Positions 30,076 through 40,568 are shown, counted from the first letter of the stretch. The stretch is DNA of 64,000 nucleotides from an uncultured Aliarcobacter sp. (GCA_963677435.1 OY781945.1:416001-480000); one strand, 5' to 3'. Made by a program: numbers and translations. The notes: generated by a model not told the origin, from the sequence alone.

Positions 30076-31420
30076 ATATTTTTAAAAGTCCTAATTCATT
30101 AAGCATAATTATTAAAATAGAAATTGGAGCTACAAATCTAATTATAAATAACCAAAGATTGTAGAAATTTTCTCCAGTATGAGGAATAATTGAGTTTCTT
30201 GATACTTCTTTGTTAAGAACAAATCCAATGAAAATAGAAATTATCATTCCTCCAAGAGGTAATAATATAGCTGAACTTACAAAATCAAACCAATCAAAAA
30301 GATTTTTACTTCCAATTGTTAAGCTTCCTGAAAAAGCAGTTGTATTTGATAATAAAACAATAATTCCAATAGCATAAGCAAATAAAGCAGCCCCATAAGT
30401 TGCTTTTTTTCTTTCAATATTTCTTCTTTCAATTAAATACATAACTGTTGGTTCTAATATTGAAACAGCTGAGGTAATAGCAGCAAAGGCAAGAGCCACA
30501 AAAAATAAGAATGATAAAATAATCCCAATAGTTCCCATTTCATAGAAAATTGCAGGTAAAGTTATAAATACAAGTCCTGCTCCTTTACTTGGTTCTTGAC
30601 CAGCAGTAAAAGTAATAGAGAAGATAATTAAACCAGCAACAATAGCAATTAAAGTATCCATTAATACAACCCAAACAGAAGCTTTTACAATATTTACACC
30701 TTTATCTAAAGAAGAAGCATAAGTTAAAATTGTAACCATACCAATTGATAATGTGAAAAATGCGTGTCCAACTGCTACGATTATAGAACTTGATTTAAAT
30801 TTCTCAAAATTTGGATAAAACATAAAATCAACTGCTTTCATAAATCCATCTAATTGAGTTGCATAAATAAGTAAAGCAAGTAAAATTAACATAAGCGCTG
30901 GCATTAATATATTATTTAATTTCTCAATACCTTTTTTTACACCCTTTGAAATAGTTAAAGCAATAAGTGCAAAAGTTAATGTGTAATAAATAAGCTGAGT
31001 ATAAATATCGTTTTTTAGAAAACCTAAAAATAGAGTTTCAGAGTCTTTAAAACTTGCAGGTAATGCTGTTAATGAAAGAACAATATAATTAAAAATCCAG
31101 GCAATTACTACAGAATAAAAGGTTAAAATCATAAAACCAGTTAAAAAGGTAAACCCTGAGTATTTCCAATATTTCTTACCTTTTGGAGCAAGAGTTTCAA
31201 AGGTTGTTACACCATCTTTATGTGCATTACTACCAAGCAAAACTTCACCAATAAATATTGACATACCAATTAGAAAAACAGTTGCTAGATAAACTAATAC
31301 AAAAACTCCTCCTCCATTATCTCCTGTAATGTATGGAAATTTCCATATATTTCCAAGCCCAACAGCACTTCCAGCAGCTGCTAAAATAAATCCAATTCTT
31401 GTAAAACGATTTTTATGCAT
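30074..31420 (-). CDS. Sodium-dependent transporter (NSS/SNF family)
   Basis: AAGSAVGLGNIWKFPY, FFTLSIG, GAGLVF; about 11 TM helices. Confidence 0.95.
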   Translation of the reverse strand: MHKNRFTRIGFILAAAGSAVGLGNIWKFPYITGDNGGGVFVLVYLATVFLIGMSIFIGEVLLGSNAHKDGVTTFETLAPKGKKYWKYSGFTFLTGFMILTFYSVVIAWIFNYIVLSLTALPASFKDSETLFLGFLKNDIYTQLIYYTLTFALIALTISKGVKKGIEKLNNILMPALMLILLALLIYATQLDGFMKAVDFMFYPNFEKFKSSSIIVAVGHAFFTLSIGMVTILTYASSLDKGVNIVKASVWVVLMDTLIAIVAGLIIFSITFTAGQEPSKGAGLVFITLPAIFYEMGTIGIILSFLFFVALAFAAITSAVSILEPTVMYLIERRNIERKKATYGAALFAYAIGIIVLLSNTTAFSGSLTIGSKNLFDWFDFVSSAILLPLGGMIISIFIGFVLNKEVSRNSIIPHTGENFYNLWLFIIRFVAPISILIIMLNELGLLKI

Positions 31421-31436
31421 TTTTCTCCTTTTTTAA

Positions 31437-33398
31437 TTAACTTAATTTTTGAGGTTCACCAAAGTAATAACCTTGTGCGTAATCAATCCCCATTCCTTTA
31501 ACAACATCAAATACACTTTTTGAATGAACAAATTCGGCAATAGTTTGTATGTTCATTTTTTTTGCAAACTCAATAATAGTTCCTGTAACCATTTGTGAAT
31601 TAATATTTATATCAATATCTTTTATCATTGAAGCATCAATTTTTATATAATCAACTTTTAATTTCATTATATATTCAAAATTTGAGTAACCAGTTCCAAA
31701 ATCATCTATTGATATTTTGGCACCAGTTTTTTTTACTTCAGATATAAACTCAATAATTTCATCAAAATTCTCAATACCTTCTGATTCTATAAGTTCAAAT
31801 ACAATTTTACTACCTAAATTGTATTCATGTAGTTTTTCCATTATTGTTGAGTAAACATCTTCATTTAAAATATCTTGTACAGATAAGTTAATAGAGACTT
31901 GGGCATCAATATTTTTAAAAATATTAAATGTTTTTTCTAAAACTATTTTCGTAAGTTTAGGATAAAGTTTATTTTTTTTAGCTAATTCCAAAAAATGTAT
32001 AGGTGCGACATATTCACCATCTTCATTAATCATTCGAATAAGTGCTTCATATTTTACAATTTTTGAAGTTTTTGTATCTACAATTGGTTGGAATAGTGGT
32101 TCAATTCTATCATTTTCGATTGCATCTTTTATTCTTTTTGACCATTTTAAATTTTGAGCATATTCATGTTCAATATTCATAGATGAATTATAAATTAGAT
32201 ATTTCTTTCTTGTTTTTTTAGCTAATTTTAAAGCCATATCTGCATTATGTAATAAAAATGAAGTTCCATAAGCAACACCAATCGTTGCATTTACATAAAT
32301 TTCATTTTCATTTATGATAAAAGTATGGTTTTCTATACAATTAGCAAGATGTAAAGCAAGAACTTTAATCTCTTCATAAACTACTTCACTTGGTTGATAA
32401 ATTGCATATTCATCTGCATGAAGTTTAAATAAAATAGCCTCTTTTGAAACATTTTCTTTTATAATATTGGCTGTGTTTTTTATAATATCATTTCCAATTT
32501 TATCTCCATATAAATCATTTATATGTTGAAATTTATCAATATTCACAATCATTAAAATCGAATCTTTTTCAAATGAAAGAGTCTCTATTAATTTCTTTCT
32601 ATTTGGAAGTGTAGTTAATTCATCATGATAAAATTGATATTCTAATGAATCTAACATATCATTAAATACATTTTGCATTGAGTCAATTTCCGTAATGTTG
32701 TTATTTGTTCCAACTCTTTTAGTAATATCTTTATTATTTGAGATATAGTTAATATTACTTATAAAATTTTTAATTGGTTTTACTAGATGTCTATCAAACT
32801 CAATGAATAAAGCTATAAAAATTACAATTGAGAATAAAATTATAAATAAGATAAAAAAATTAATAATTGATGAAAGGGAAATTTTTAGGTCATCAATTGG
32901 ATAAACTATATTTATAACTCCTAAAACTTTTCCTTCTTGTGTTTGTGTATGACATTTTAAACACTCTTGTTTTGCAATAATTGGATAATAATACTCAATT
33001 GTTGATTCATCTATAATATTTAATACTTCATTTTTATCAAGGGCAGACTTTACAGAAGAATCAGTTATTCTTGCATTTGCATCTTTTAAAATATCTCCAA
33101 ATTGTTTAACAACTTCTTCACTTCTATATACATTTACTGCCATATTTTCATCAACAGAATTTACCCTTGCAATAATGCTATTTAAATCATCTTTAGTCCA
33201 ACCTCTCTCCATTGCTGAGTATAAAGTTTGAAAGATTAGTTCAGTTGTTTTTTTTGCATCTACTTTTGATAATTTCTCAATAGCTTCTTTTTTCATGTAA
33301 TGAGTATATGCAGAAGCAATAGTCAAAGAAAAAGTAAGGGTGATAAGAATTATTTTTAGTATAAGTTTATTATAGGTTATTTTCTTCTTCATTATCAC
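31437..33398 (-). CDS. Membrane GGDEF-EAL protein with periplasmic CxxCH sensor; likely c-di-GMP phosphodiesterase
   Basis: Two TMs flanking CLKCH; HAMP-like linker; degenerate HADEY; intact EAL, DDFGTGYS, IKID, AEFV, QGY. Confidence 0.9.
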   Translation of the reverse strand: MIMKKKITYNKLILKIILITLTFSLTIASAYTHYMKKEAIEKLSKVDAKKTTELIFQTLYSAMERGWTKDDLNSIIARVNSVDENMAVNVYRSEEVVKQFGDILKDANARITDSSVKSALDKNEVLNIIDESTIEYYYPIIAKQECLKCHTQTQEGKVLGVINIVYPIDDLKISLSSIINFFILFIILFSIVIFIALFIEFDRHLVKPIKNFISNINYISNNKDITKRVGTNNNITEIDSMQNVFNDMLDSLEYQFYHDELTTLPNRKKLIETLSFEKDSILMIVNIDKFQHINDLYGDKIGNDIIKNTANIIKENVSKEAILFKLHADEYAIYQPSEVVYEEIKVLALHLANCIENHTFIINENEIYVNATIGVAYGTSFLLHNADMALKLAKKTRKKYLIYNSSMNIEHEYAQNLKWSKRIKDAIENDRIEPLFQPIVDTKTSKIVKYEALIRMINEDGEYVAPIHFLELAKKNKLYPKLTKIVLEKTFNIFKNIDAQVSINLSVQDILNEDVYSTIMEKLHEYNLGSKIVFELIESEGIENFDEIIEFISEVKKTGAKISIDDFGTGYSNFEYIMKLKVDYIKIDASMIKDIDININSQMVTGTIIEFAKKMNIQTIAEFVHSKSVFDVVKGMGIDYAQGYYFGEPQKLS

Positions 33399-33410
33399 TC
33401 ATTCTTAAAA

Positions 33411-33440
33411 TAATTAAATATTATATATAATATTTAATTA
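33411..33440. repeat. 30-bp perfect palindrome
   Basis: TAATTAAATATTATATATAATATTTAATTA equals its own reverse complement. Confidence 0.9.
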
Positions 33441-33455
33441 AAGTATTGTTGTAAA

Positions 33456-33483
33456 CCCTTAATTATAAAATTTATAATTAAAG
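33456..33483 (-). terminator. Probable terminator of the ndh-like gene
   Basis: TTAATTATAAA-A-TTTATAATTAA palindrome closed by CTT/AGG on the minus strand, followed by TTT. Confidence 0.55.
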
Positions 33484-33523
33484 ATTTAAAGAAAATAATT
33501 TTTTATAGAGTCAAAAAAATCAA

Positions 33524-34726
33524 TTACATTTTTTTAAGTTTGTTATAACCAACTTTAATAAGTTTTAATAATGGTTTACTGTATGAACTAAATACATATT
33601 TTTTAATAGCATATGCGATTCTTCCTTTTACAGTTACTAATCCAAATAAATCACCAGCTGCATATTTACCGCCAAGAGCAATTAATATACCATCTAATTT
33701 AGGGTTAGATTTAATCATCTTTTTACCTGAAATCATATTAGAAACATTTTTACCAGCATCCGTACCACTAATTCTAGCAACTGTAACATTAGGTGGCATT
33801 ATTTCACCTTTTGCATTTCTAATTTCAGCAATATCTCCAATAGCAAAAATATTCTCATATTTATCAGTTTGAAGATATTCATTAACAATAATTTGACCTC
33901 TACCATTTTTTGCTACATCTTCTAACTCAGCAGTAATTGTTGAAGCTTCAATTCCCCCTGTAAAAATTACAAATGAATGATTTATTTTTGTTCCATTAGA
34001 GAAGTAACAGTAACCATCTTCAACTTTTGTAAGTTTTGTACTTGTAATGATTTTAATTCCAAGAGATTTTAATCTTTCTTGAGAAATACTGATAAGTTGT
34101 TGAGAAAGACCAGGAAGAATAGTAACTGAACTACTGATAAGAGAGATTTTTAAGTTATCGCAAGAAAAATTTCCCCTTTCGAAGAACTTATTTGAATAAT
34201 AAGCCATTTCAGCTGCTATTTCAACTCCTGACAAACCAGCTCCAACAACTACAATTTTAGTATCTTCACACTGTTTTGCTTCGTCTCTGATTTTTTTGAA
34301 TAGTTGTTGCTCAAAACTTTGTTTAAAAGTAATTGCTCTATGAAGTTTTTTGATGTCATCTGCATTATTAAGACCAGGAATACTTGGTGGGAAAAAAGTT
34401 CTTGTACCAGCTGCCATAATTAAATAATCAAATTCTACTATTTCTTCTTCTTCTGTATAAATTTTATTTGCAACTTGGTCAATTTTTCTAACTTTTAAAT
34501 TTTTAAATTCTAGGTGATGGTGATTAAATCCTAAACACAATGTTGTTAAATCAATCGTTACATCTGCAAAGTTAGATTTATTTGCAATTAAATCATAAAC
34601 TTCAGGTTGTAAATTATGGTAAGTATGTTTATCAATTAATGTAATTTTTATTTTTTTATTTTTTACCAACTCTCTTAATGCATATATACCTGCATATCCA
34701 CCACCAATTATTACCACTTTTTTCAT
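33524..34726 (-). CDS. NAD(P)/FAD-dependent oxidoreductase, type II NADH dehydrogenase-like
   Basis: GGGYAG and GAGLSGVEIAAE Rossmann motifs, FAIGD. Confidence 0.85.
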   Translation of the reverse strand: MKKVVIIGGGYAGIYALRELVKNKKIKITLIDKHTYHNLQPEVYDLIANKSNFADVTIDLTTLCLGFNHHHLEFKNLKVRKIDQVANKIYTEEEEIVEFDYLIMAAGTRTFFPPSIPGLNNADDIKKLHRAITFKQSFEQQLFKKIRDEAKQCEDTKIVVVGAGLSGVEIAAEMAYYSNKFFERGNFSCDNLKISLISSSVTILPGLSQQLISISQERLKSLGIKIITSTKLTKVEDGYCYFSNGTKINHSFVIFTGGIEASTITAELEDVAKNGRGQIIVNEYLQTDKYENIFAIGDIAEIRNAKGEIMPPNVTVARISGTDAGKNVSNMISGKKMIKSNPKLDGILIALGGKYAAGDLFGLVTVKGRIAYAIKKYVFSSYSKPLLKLIKVGYNKLKKM

Positions 34727-35055
34727 AGGGTTTTATCCTTTTATATATATTACTATGTGCTTGAAATGTCATTTTTATTTAATAGCTAAGGGACATATGA
34801 TACTAAAAAATTATAGCCCTAATGTAGCGATTATCAAATTTTCAAAATTATTTGCTATTGTATACTTAATCAATTAATTAGAAAATAAAAATGAACAAAA
34901 GTTTTTCTTTTAATGCAATTAGTGTACCTAAATGACACTTTCTGTAGATTAATAACTAATTTAGTTAGAATTTTTCAAAATAAAATATTTATTTAATTTT
35001 GTTCTAAAGTTCTATTTTTGTAGAATAGGGCAATTTTAGAAAAATAGGAATAAAT

Positions 35056-35901
35056 ATGAAATATGTTGGAGCACATGTAAGTGCTAGTGGTGGAGTTTAT
35101 AATGCACCAATAAATGCTATGGCAATTGGAGCAAAAGCTTTTGCTTTATTTACAAAAAATCAAAGACAATGGACAGCAAAAGAATTAGATACAAAAACAA
35201 TTGATAAATGGTTTAAAGAGTTGGAAAAATCGGGAATTCAGGCAAAACATATTTTGCCACATGATAGTTATTTAATAAATTTAGGTCATCCAGAACTTGA
35301 TGCACGAGCTAAATCATTTGATGGTTTTGTACATGAAATACAAAGATGTGAAATTTTAAAACTTGATAGATTAAATTTTCACCCTGGTAGCCACTTAAGA
35401 AAAATATCTGAAGAAGAGTGTTTAAATAATATTGCAGAAAGTATGAATAGGGCAATAGATATTACAAAAGATGTAAAACTTGTAATTGAAAATACAGCAG
35501 GTCAAGGAAGTAACCTTGGATACAAATTTGAACATTTAGCATATATTATTGACAAAATTGAAGATAAAAGTAGAGTTGGTGTTTGTATTGATACTTGTCA
35601 TATGTTCACAGCTGGTTATGACATAAGAACAAGAGAAGCTTATGATAAAACTTGGAATGAGTTTGACCAAATTGTAGGTAGAGAATATCTAATGGGAATG
35701 CATATAAATGACTCAAAACCAGAACTTGGAAGTAGGGTTGATAGACATGACTCTTTAGGTGTTGGGAAAATTGGTTGGGATGCTTTTAGGTTTATAATGA
35801 ATGATGAAAGAATGGATGATATTCCTCTTGTTTTAGAAACTATAAATGAAGAGATTTGGGCTCAGGAAATTCAAGCACTTTATGATTTAGTAGAAAAATA
35901 G
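35056..35901 (+). CDS. nfo: Endonuclease IV
   Basis: [45 protein letters not shown]. Confidence 0.97.
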   Translation: MKYVGAHVSASGGVYNAPINAMAIGAKAFALFTKNQRQWTAKELDTKTIDKWFKELEKSGIQAKHILPHDSYLINLGHPELDARAKSFDGFVHEIQRCEILKLDRLNFHPGSHLRKISEEECLNNIAESMNRAIDITKDVKLVIENTAGQGSNLGYKFEHLAYIIDKIEDKSRVGVCIDTCHMFTAGYDIRTREAYDKTWNEFDQIVGREYLMGMHINDSKPELGSRVDRHDSLGVGKIGWDAFRFIMNDERMDDIPLVLETINEEIWAQEIQALYDLVEK

Positions 35902-35954
35902 TAATAGACGGAATGATATGTGTATAGAGTATAAAAAACTCTTTAAGGCAATTC

Positions 35955-36185
35955 ATGAAAAACAAAATAAAAGTTCCATTTGATCCCAATGACTTTGATA
36001 CTTCAATCACAGTTAAAGAGTTAACAAAAAAATTTCCCCATCTTTTAGGTTTAGATTATAAAAAGGTGAGTTTGGCAAATGAAATAATCCCTTTGAATTA
36101 TGAAATTTTTTCAAAGGATTATAAAGATTTCTTCTCAAGTGATATAAAAGACTATTTTGATTTTGAAGTTGATGCGGTAATATAA
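35955..36185 (+). CDS. Small acidic hypothetical protein
   Basis: AAGG SD plus ATG; fills the gap between nfo and the convergent SulP gene. Confidence 0.6.
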   Translation: MKNKIKVPFDPNDFDTSITVKELTKKFPHLLGLDYKKVSLANEIIPLNYEIFSKDYKDFFSSDIKDYFDFEVDAVI

Positions 36186-36200
36186 AAGTAAATTTTACTT

Positions 36201-37829
36201 TTATATTATGGTTTTTGAGTAATTAATCGAATCATTTATATTATTAAAACTTTTTAAATTAATATCATCAAAAGTAAATTTTGCTTTTATTAATTTTCTT
36301 AAAATTCTTTCATTTAAACCTGAAAAAATCAATTTTTTATTTCTACTTTTAAAAGTATCAACTATTGATTTAAGTGCAACCATCGCTGTCATATCAATCA
36401 TTGTTACATTTTGCATATTTAAAATTACAACATCTACATCTTCTTTTGAATTTAAAAGTGTTTTCATAGCATTTTGAGCAGCTCCAAAAAACATTGGTCC
36501 ATTTATATCATAAATTGAGATATTATCAGGAATATCAGGATGCACTGTAAGTTTTGTATTCACAAGTTCAATTGAGTATAAATCAATAGTTCTTTTTATA
36601 AATAAGATTGAAGCTAAACCAATTCCTACAGCAACTGCAATTTGCATATCTAATAAAACAGTTAAAGAAAAACAAGTTAAAAGTACATAAACATCATTTC
36701 TTGGTGCTACTTTTATGATATTTGTAAAGTGTTTAACTTCTGACATATTCCAAGCTACAACTAAAAGTAATGCTGAAAGTGAAGCCATAGGTAAATATGA
36801 TAAATATGGAGACAAAAGCATAATTGAGCATAATATAAATAAAGAGTGAACAATAGAAGCTAGTTTTGAAGTTCCACCTGCTTTTATATTTACAACGGTT
36901 CTTGCAATTGCAGCCGTTGCTGGAATTCCTCCAAAAAATGGAACAATCATATTTGCAATACCTTGACCTATTAACTCTTTATTTGGATTAGTTTTATTTC
37001 CTGTCATTCCATCACTTATTACTGCACATAAAAGGGATTCTAATGCACCTAAAATTGCAATTGCAATACTATGTGGAAGAAGTTTATAAAATAAATCTAA
37101 AGTAATATCTTCTGGTTTAAAAAAACTCCAAGGTAGTGAAAATTGTAAAGGAATTGGTGGAATTCCCCTTCCTTGTATTCCATCTATGTTATATTGAAAT
37201 GTTGAGGCAATGGTTGCTATATTTATGTGTGGGAAATAAGAATTAAAAAAAGCTACGATTATTGTTGTAAAACTTAAAGCAACAAGTGCTGAGGGAATTT
37301 TGCTTTTTGTTTTTTGCCATAAAATAAGTAAAAAAAGTGTAAATAAACCAACTGCTAATTCAGAGATTTTAAAACTAGGAAATGAAGTGAAGATTAGATA
37401 AATTTTATTTAAATAGTGACCACTAAAACTCTCAATAGTTAAACCAAAAAAATCTTTTATTTGAAAAGTTGCAATTACAACTGCAATTCCAGAAGTAAAT
37501 CCAACGGTTACTGGATAAGGAATAAGTTCAATTAAAGTTCCAAGTTTTAAAACGCCCACAAGAATTAAAATAATTCCAGACAGTAGTCCACAAATTAGTA
37601 ATCCTGAAACCCCAAATTCTTGAACAATAGGAATTAAAATAACTACAAAAGCAGCAGTTGGCCCTGAAATGTTTATTTTACTACTTCCAAAAATAGCTGC
37701 AACTATTCCTGCAACTATGGCTGTATAAAGTCCAAGTTGTGGTGGAACTCCTGTTGCAATTGCTAAAGCCATTGATAAAGGAAGGGCAATTATTCCAACT
37801 GTTAAACCAGCTAAAATATTATTTTTCAT
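36201..37829 (-). CDS. dauA: SulP/SLC26 transporter, DauA-like C4-dicarboxylate transporter
   Basis: AGLTVGIIALPLSMALAI, GLYTA, SGPTAAFVVIL, ESLLCAV; C-terminal STAS (GPMFFGA, IDMT). Confidence 0.8.
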   Translation of the reverse strand: MKNNILAGLTVGIIALPLSMALAIATGVPPQLGLYTAIVAGIVAAIFGSSKINISGPTAAFVVILIPIVQEFGVSGLLICGLLSGIILILVGVLKLGTLIELIPYPVTVGFTSGIAVVIATFQIKDFFGLTIESFSGHYLNKIYLIFTSFPSFKISELAVGLFTLFLLILWQKTKSKIPSALVALSFTTIIVAFFNSYFPHINIATIASTFQYNIDGIQGRGIPPIPLQFSLPWSFFKPEDITLDLFYKLLPHSIAIAILGALESLLCAVISDGMTGNKTNPNKELIGQGIANMIVPFFGGIPATAAIARTVVNIKAGGTSKLASIVHSLFILCSIMLLSPYLSYLPMASLSALLLVVAWNMSEVKHFTNIIKVAPRNDVYVLLTCFSLTVLLDMQIAVAVGIGLASILFIKRTIDLYSIELVNTKLTVHPDIPDNISIYDINGPMFFGAAQNAMKTLLNSKEDVDVVILNMQNVTMIDMTAMVALKSIVDTFKSRNKKLIFSGLNERILRKLIKAKFTFDDINLKSFNNINDSINYSKTII

Positions 37830-38449
37830 TTTTTTCTCAATTTAGATTTTCTTGATGAGTTAATTTTATATTTTGAGTTTTTGAGTTTTTTTATCATTGA
37901 AGATGAAATCTGATACATTTTTAAAATATTGTTTTTTAGGTCTACATTTTTTTCATTATTTCTAGCAAGCTCATAAAATCCTAGAAGTTTTATATAATCA
38001 AAATCATTTAAAAAAGAGTAAAAAGTTATGGATTTTTCCTCTTCAATTATCCATTCACTCAAAAGTGCTAAAATTATTTGTTCAGGAATCCAAAGTTCTC
38101 CCTCATTCAAATAAGTCTCTATTTGTTTTACAATTGTATTGTAATAAAAGATTAGAGCTTCGTCGTTTGGAAGAAGTTTATGATTTGCTTGTCGGGTTTG
38201 TTGGTAAGCCATAAAAGATTTTAGCTCATAGGCATTAATTATTGTTTTGTCTAATTCTTCATTTAATTTTATTATATTTGTTTCAATTTCATTATTGAAC
38301 TTTTCAACTCCTAAATCGATTTTATATGTTTCATTTTTTATATTTTCTAAAAGTTCTTCAATAACAGTTTTAACATAAATAAGTAAAGCATCGGTTTTTA
38401 TATCTCTTAAAAGTTTTATACAAATTTGTGGTTTATTGTTAATGCTCAT
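37826..38449 (-). CDS. Hypothetical protein
   Basis: 207-aa ORF with AGGA SD; ATGA overlap with the SulP gene. Confidence 0.75.
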   Translation of the reverse strand: MSINNKPQICIKLLRDIKTDALLIYVKTVIEELLENIKNETYKIDLGVEKFNNEIETNIIKLNEELDKTIINAYELKSFMAYQQTRQANHKLLPNDEALIFYYNTIVKQIETYLNEGELWIPEQIILALLSEWIIEEEKSITFYSFLNDFDYIKLLGFYELARNNEKNVDLKNNILKMYQISSSMIKKLKNSKYKINSSRKSKLRKK

Positions 38450-38586
38450 TTAAATCCTAAATATTAAGATATGGGGATTTTAAATCAATAATACTTAATA
38501 ATGAATTAAGTTCAAAATATTAATAAGTGTTCATTTGATATTTTAATATGAATTAAATTATAATTTAAAAAAAATTTTGGATAAGA

Positions 38587-39165
38587 ATGAAAAGTAAAAT
38601 AAATGATGAATTAAATAAAGTAAAAAGAGATTTGTATCTAAAAGCTTCGGCTTCTTATTTTGATAAGTGTGGATACAAAAATTTTAAAATCTCACAACTA
38701 GCTGCTGAGCTTGAAACTTCTGTGGGAACAATTTACAATCTTTTTATTTCAAAAGATAATTTATATTTAGAGTATTTGATTTTAAAACTACAAACTTTTT
38801 TAGATAAATTAAAAGATAATGAAACAGAAAATGCAAAAGAAAATCTTGAATTGTATCTCTCTTGTAAATATGAAATATTTATTCAAATAGATAACAATAG
38901 AGATGAAACTTTGATAACTGACCCATATTTCTTTCATAAGTTAGATATTTCAAATCATGCAATAGTTGATGAAATATATGAGTTTTTGCTTAGACAATTT
39001 AGAAAGTTATATCCAAATTCAAATATGGATTATAAACATACAGTAATACTTTTTAAGAAGTTATCAGATGGTTTTATAGAGAGTTATTTATTGGAAAAAT
39101 ACGATACAAAAAATATCGTAGAAGATACAATCTCACTTTTTTTTAATGGTTTAGAAAAAAAGTAA
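38587..39165 (+). CDS. TetR/AcrR-family transcriptional regulator
   Basis: N-terminal HTH GYKNFKISQLAAELETSVGTIYNLFISKDNL. Confidence 0.92.
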   Translation: MKSKINDELNKVKRDLYLKASASYFDKCGYKNFKISQLAAELETSVGTIYNLFISKDNLYLEYLILKLQTFLDKLKDNETENAKENLELYLSCKYEIFIQIDNNRDETLITDPYFFHKLDISNHAIVDEIYEFLLRQFRKLYPNSNMDYKHTVILFKKLSDGFIESYLLEKYDTKNIVEDTISLFFNGLEKK

Positions 39166-39181
39166 GATTATCTTTTATATT

Positions 39182-39841
39182 TTAAAGTTTATAGATTTCG
39201 AAGTTTGTATCTCTAATATCTTTTTTAATTTCATCTTGCCACTGTTTTACTTTTTTAGAATCTTTTTCTTGAGAGAATAAACCCTCCGTGTAAATTTTTA
39301 TAAGCATTTTTTGTGCTGCAATCATATTTTTAGAAGCTGCAAACTCTAATAGTTCTATTCCTTTATCAATATTTACTTCTGTGTTTATACCTTGAAGATA
39401 AAATCTTGATAATTGATAAGCTGCAACTGGGTCTTTATCGCTTGAGTCGTTTAGAAGTTTGAATGATTTATCTATATCTTTTTCAACTCCATCACCTTTA
39501 TAATATAAAAATGCTAAAGCAAGATTTCCATAGGGATTTTTATTGTCAATTGATTGATTTAGATACTCAATAGCTTTTTTAAAATCTTTTTTCTCAACAC
39601 TATATGTTCCCATTCTAAGTTGAGCATAAGAGTTCTCATCTACTATTTTTCTATAACAGAAAAGCTTGTTATCTATATTTTCTATTTTTTGGCAAACATT
39701 AGCTTTTTCAAGAGCAAGGGCATCTTTCTCTTCATCATTTGAAAATGATAAAAATGAAGGCATTGAAAATTCAGGCATTTTTAATGAACAAGCTGAAAAT
39801 AAAAAAACTGATAAGATTGGTAAAGCGATTTTTTTTAACAT
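39182..39841 (-). CDS. Sel1-repeat lipoprotein
   Basis: Lipobox FSAC; LAFLYYKGDGVEKD and LSRFYLQG Sel1 repeats. Confidence 0.88.
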   Translation of the reverse strand: MLKKIALPILSVFLFSACSLKMPEFSMPSFLSFSNDEEKDALALEKANVCQKIENIDNKLFCYRKIVDENSYAQLRMGTYSVEKKDFKKAIEYLNQSIDNKNPYGNLALAFLYYKGDGVEKDIDKSFKLLNDSSDKDPVAAYQLSRFYLQGINTEVNIDKGIELLEFAASKNMIAAQKMLIKIYTEGLFSQEKDSKKVKQWQDEIKKDIRDTNFEIYKL

Positions 39842-40459
39842 TTATATTCCATATATTTTATTTGTAAAACTATCTGTTTTATCTTGATATTGTTCTGCCC
39901 AATACTCAGATTTATCAGTATCTCTTTCAACATATTCACCATTTAAATATATTTTCGAGAGTTCTTTTTGGGCACCTTTTACTCCATTTGAAGCAGCATA
40001 ATTTAAAAGTTTAAATGCAGCTTCAACTTTATTTTTGTCTATATAGAAAAAATATAATTTATACGCAGCAATAGGATCAATATCTTTTGTTTCTTCTAAA
40101 AGTTTTATTGCTAATTCATCATTAATAGCAACACCATATCCACTTTTGTAAATATCTGATAAAGGTGCATTTGCATAAAAATTACCTTTTTGTTTAGAGA
40201 TATTTAATCTTTGTATTGCTTCTTCAAAATCACCTCTTAATTGTGCATTAAGACCTAATCTTAATTGAGCATAAGAGTTTTTGTAAGAGATTAAATCATA
40301 ACAATCCATTTCGAAATGTTTATTTGTATTTCTACAATCATCAGCAATAGACAGTTCATTAGATGAAGTTTTTAAAAATTGAGTATTATTAGTACATCCA
40401 TTTAAGCCCAATAAACAAAGAGTTATTAAAGCAAAAGAAGAAGATATTATTCTATGCAT
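39842..40459 (-). CDS. Sel1-repeat lipoprotein (paralog)
   Basis: Lipobox LNGC; LSDIYKSGYGV and LSKIYLNGEYVERD. Confidence 0.85.
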   Translation of the reverse strand: MHRIISSSFALITLCLLGLNGCTNNTQFLKTSSNELSIADDCRNTNKHFEMDCYDLISYKNSYAQLRLGLNAQLRGDFEEAIQRLNISKQKGNFYANAPLSDIYKSGYGVAINDELAIKLLEETKDIDPIAAYKLYFFYIDKNKVEAAFKLLNYAASNGVKGAQKELSKIYLNGEYVERDTDKSEYWAEQYQDKTDSFTNKIYGI

Positions 40460-40568
40460 ACGATTCCTTTTTTTAGTTACTTATAAATTCCCTTAATTCT
40501 AGCAAGTTTTTTATTCATAAGTAGTTAAGACATATTGCTGTATCATATTGTCCTTAATGGGAGATTAA

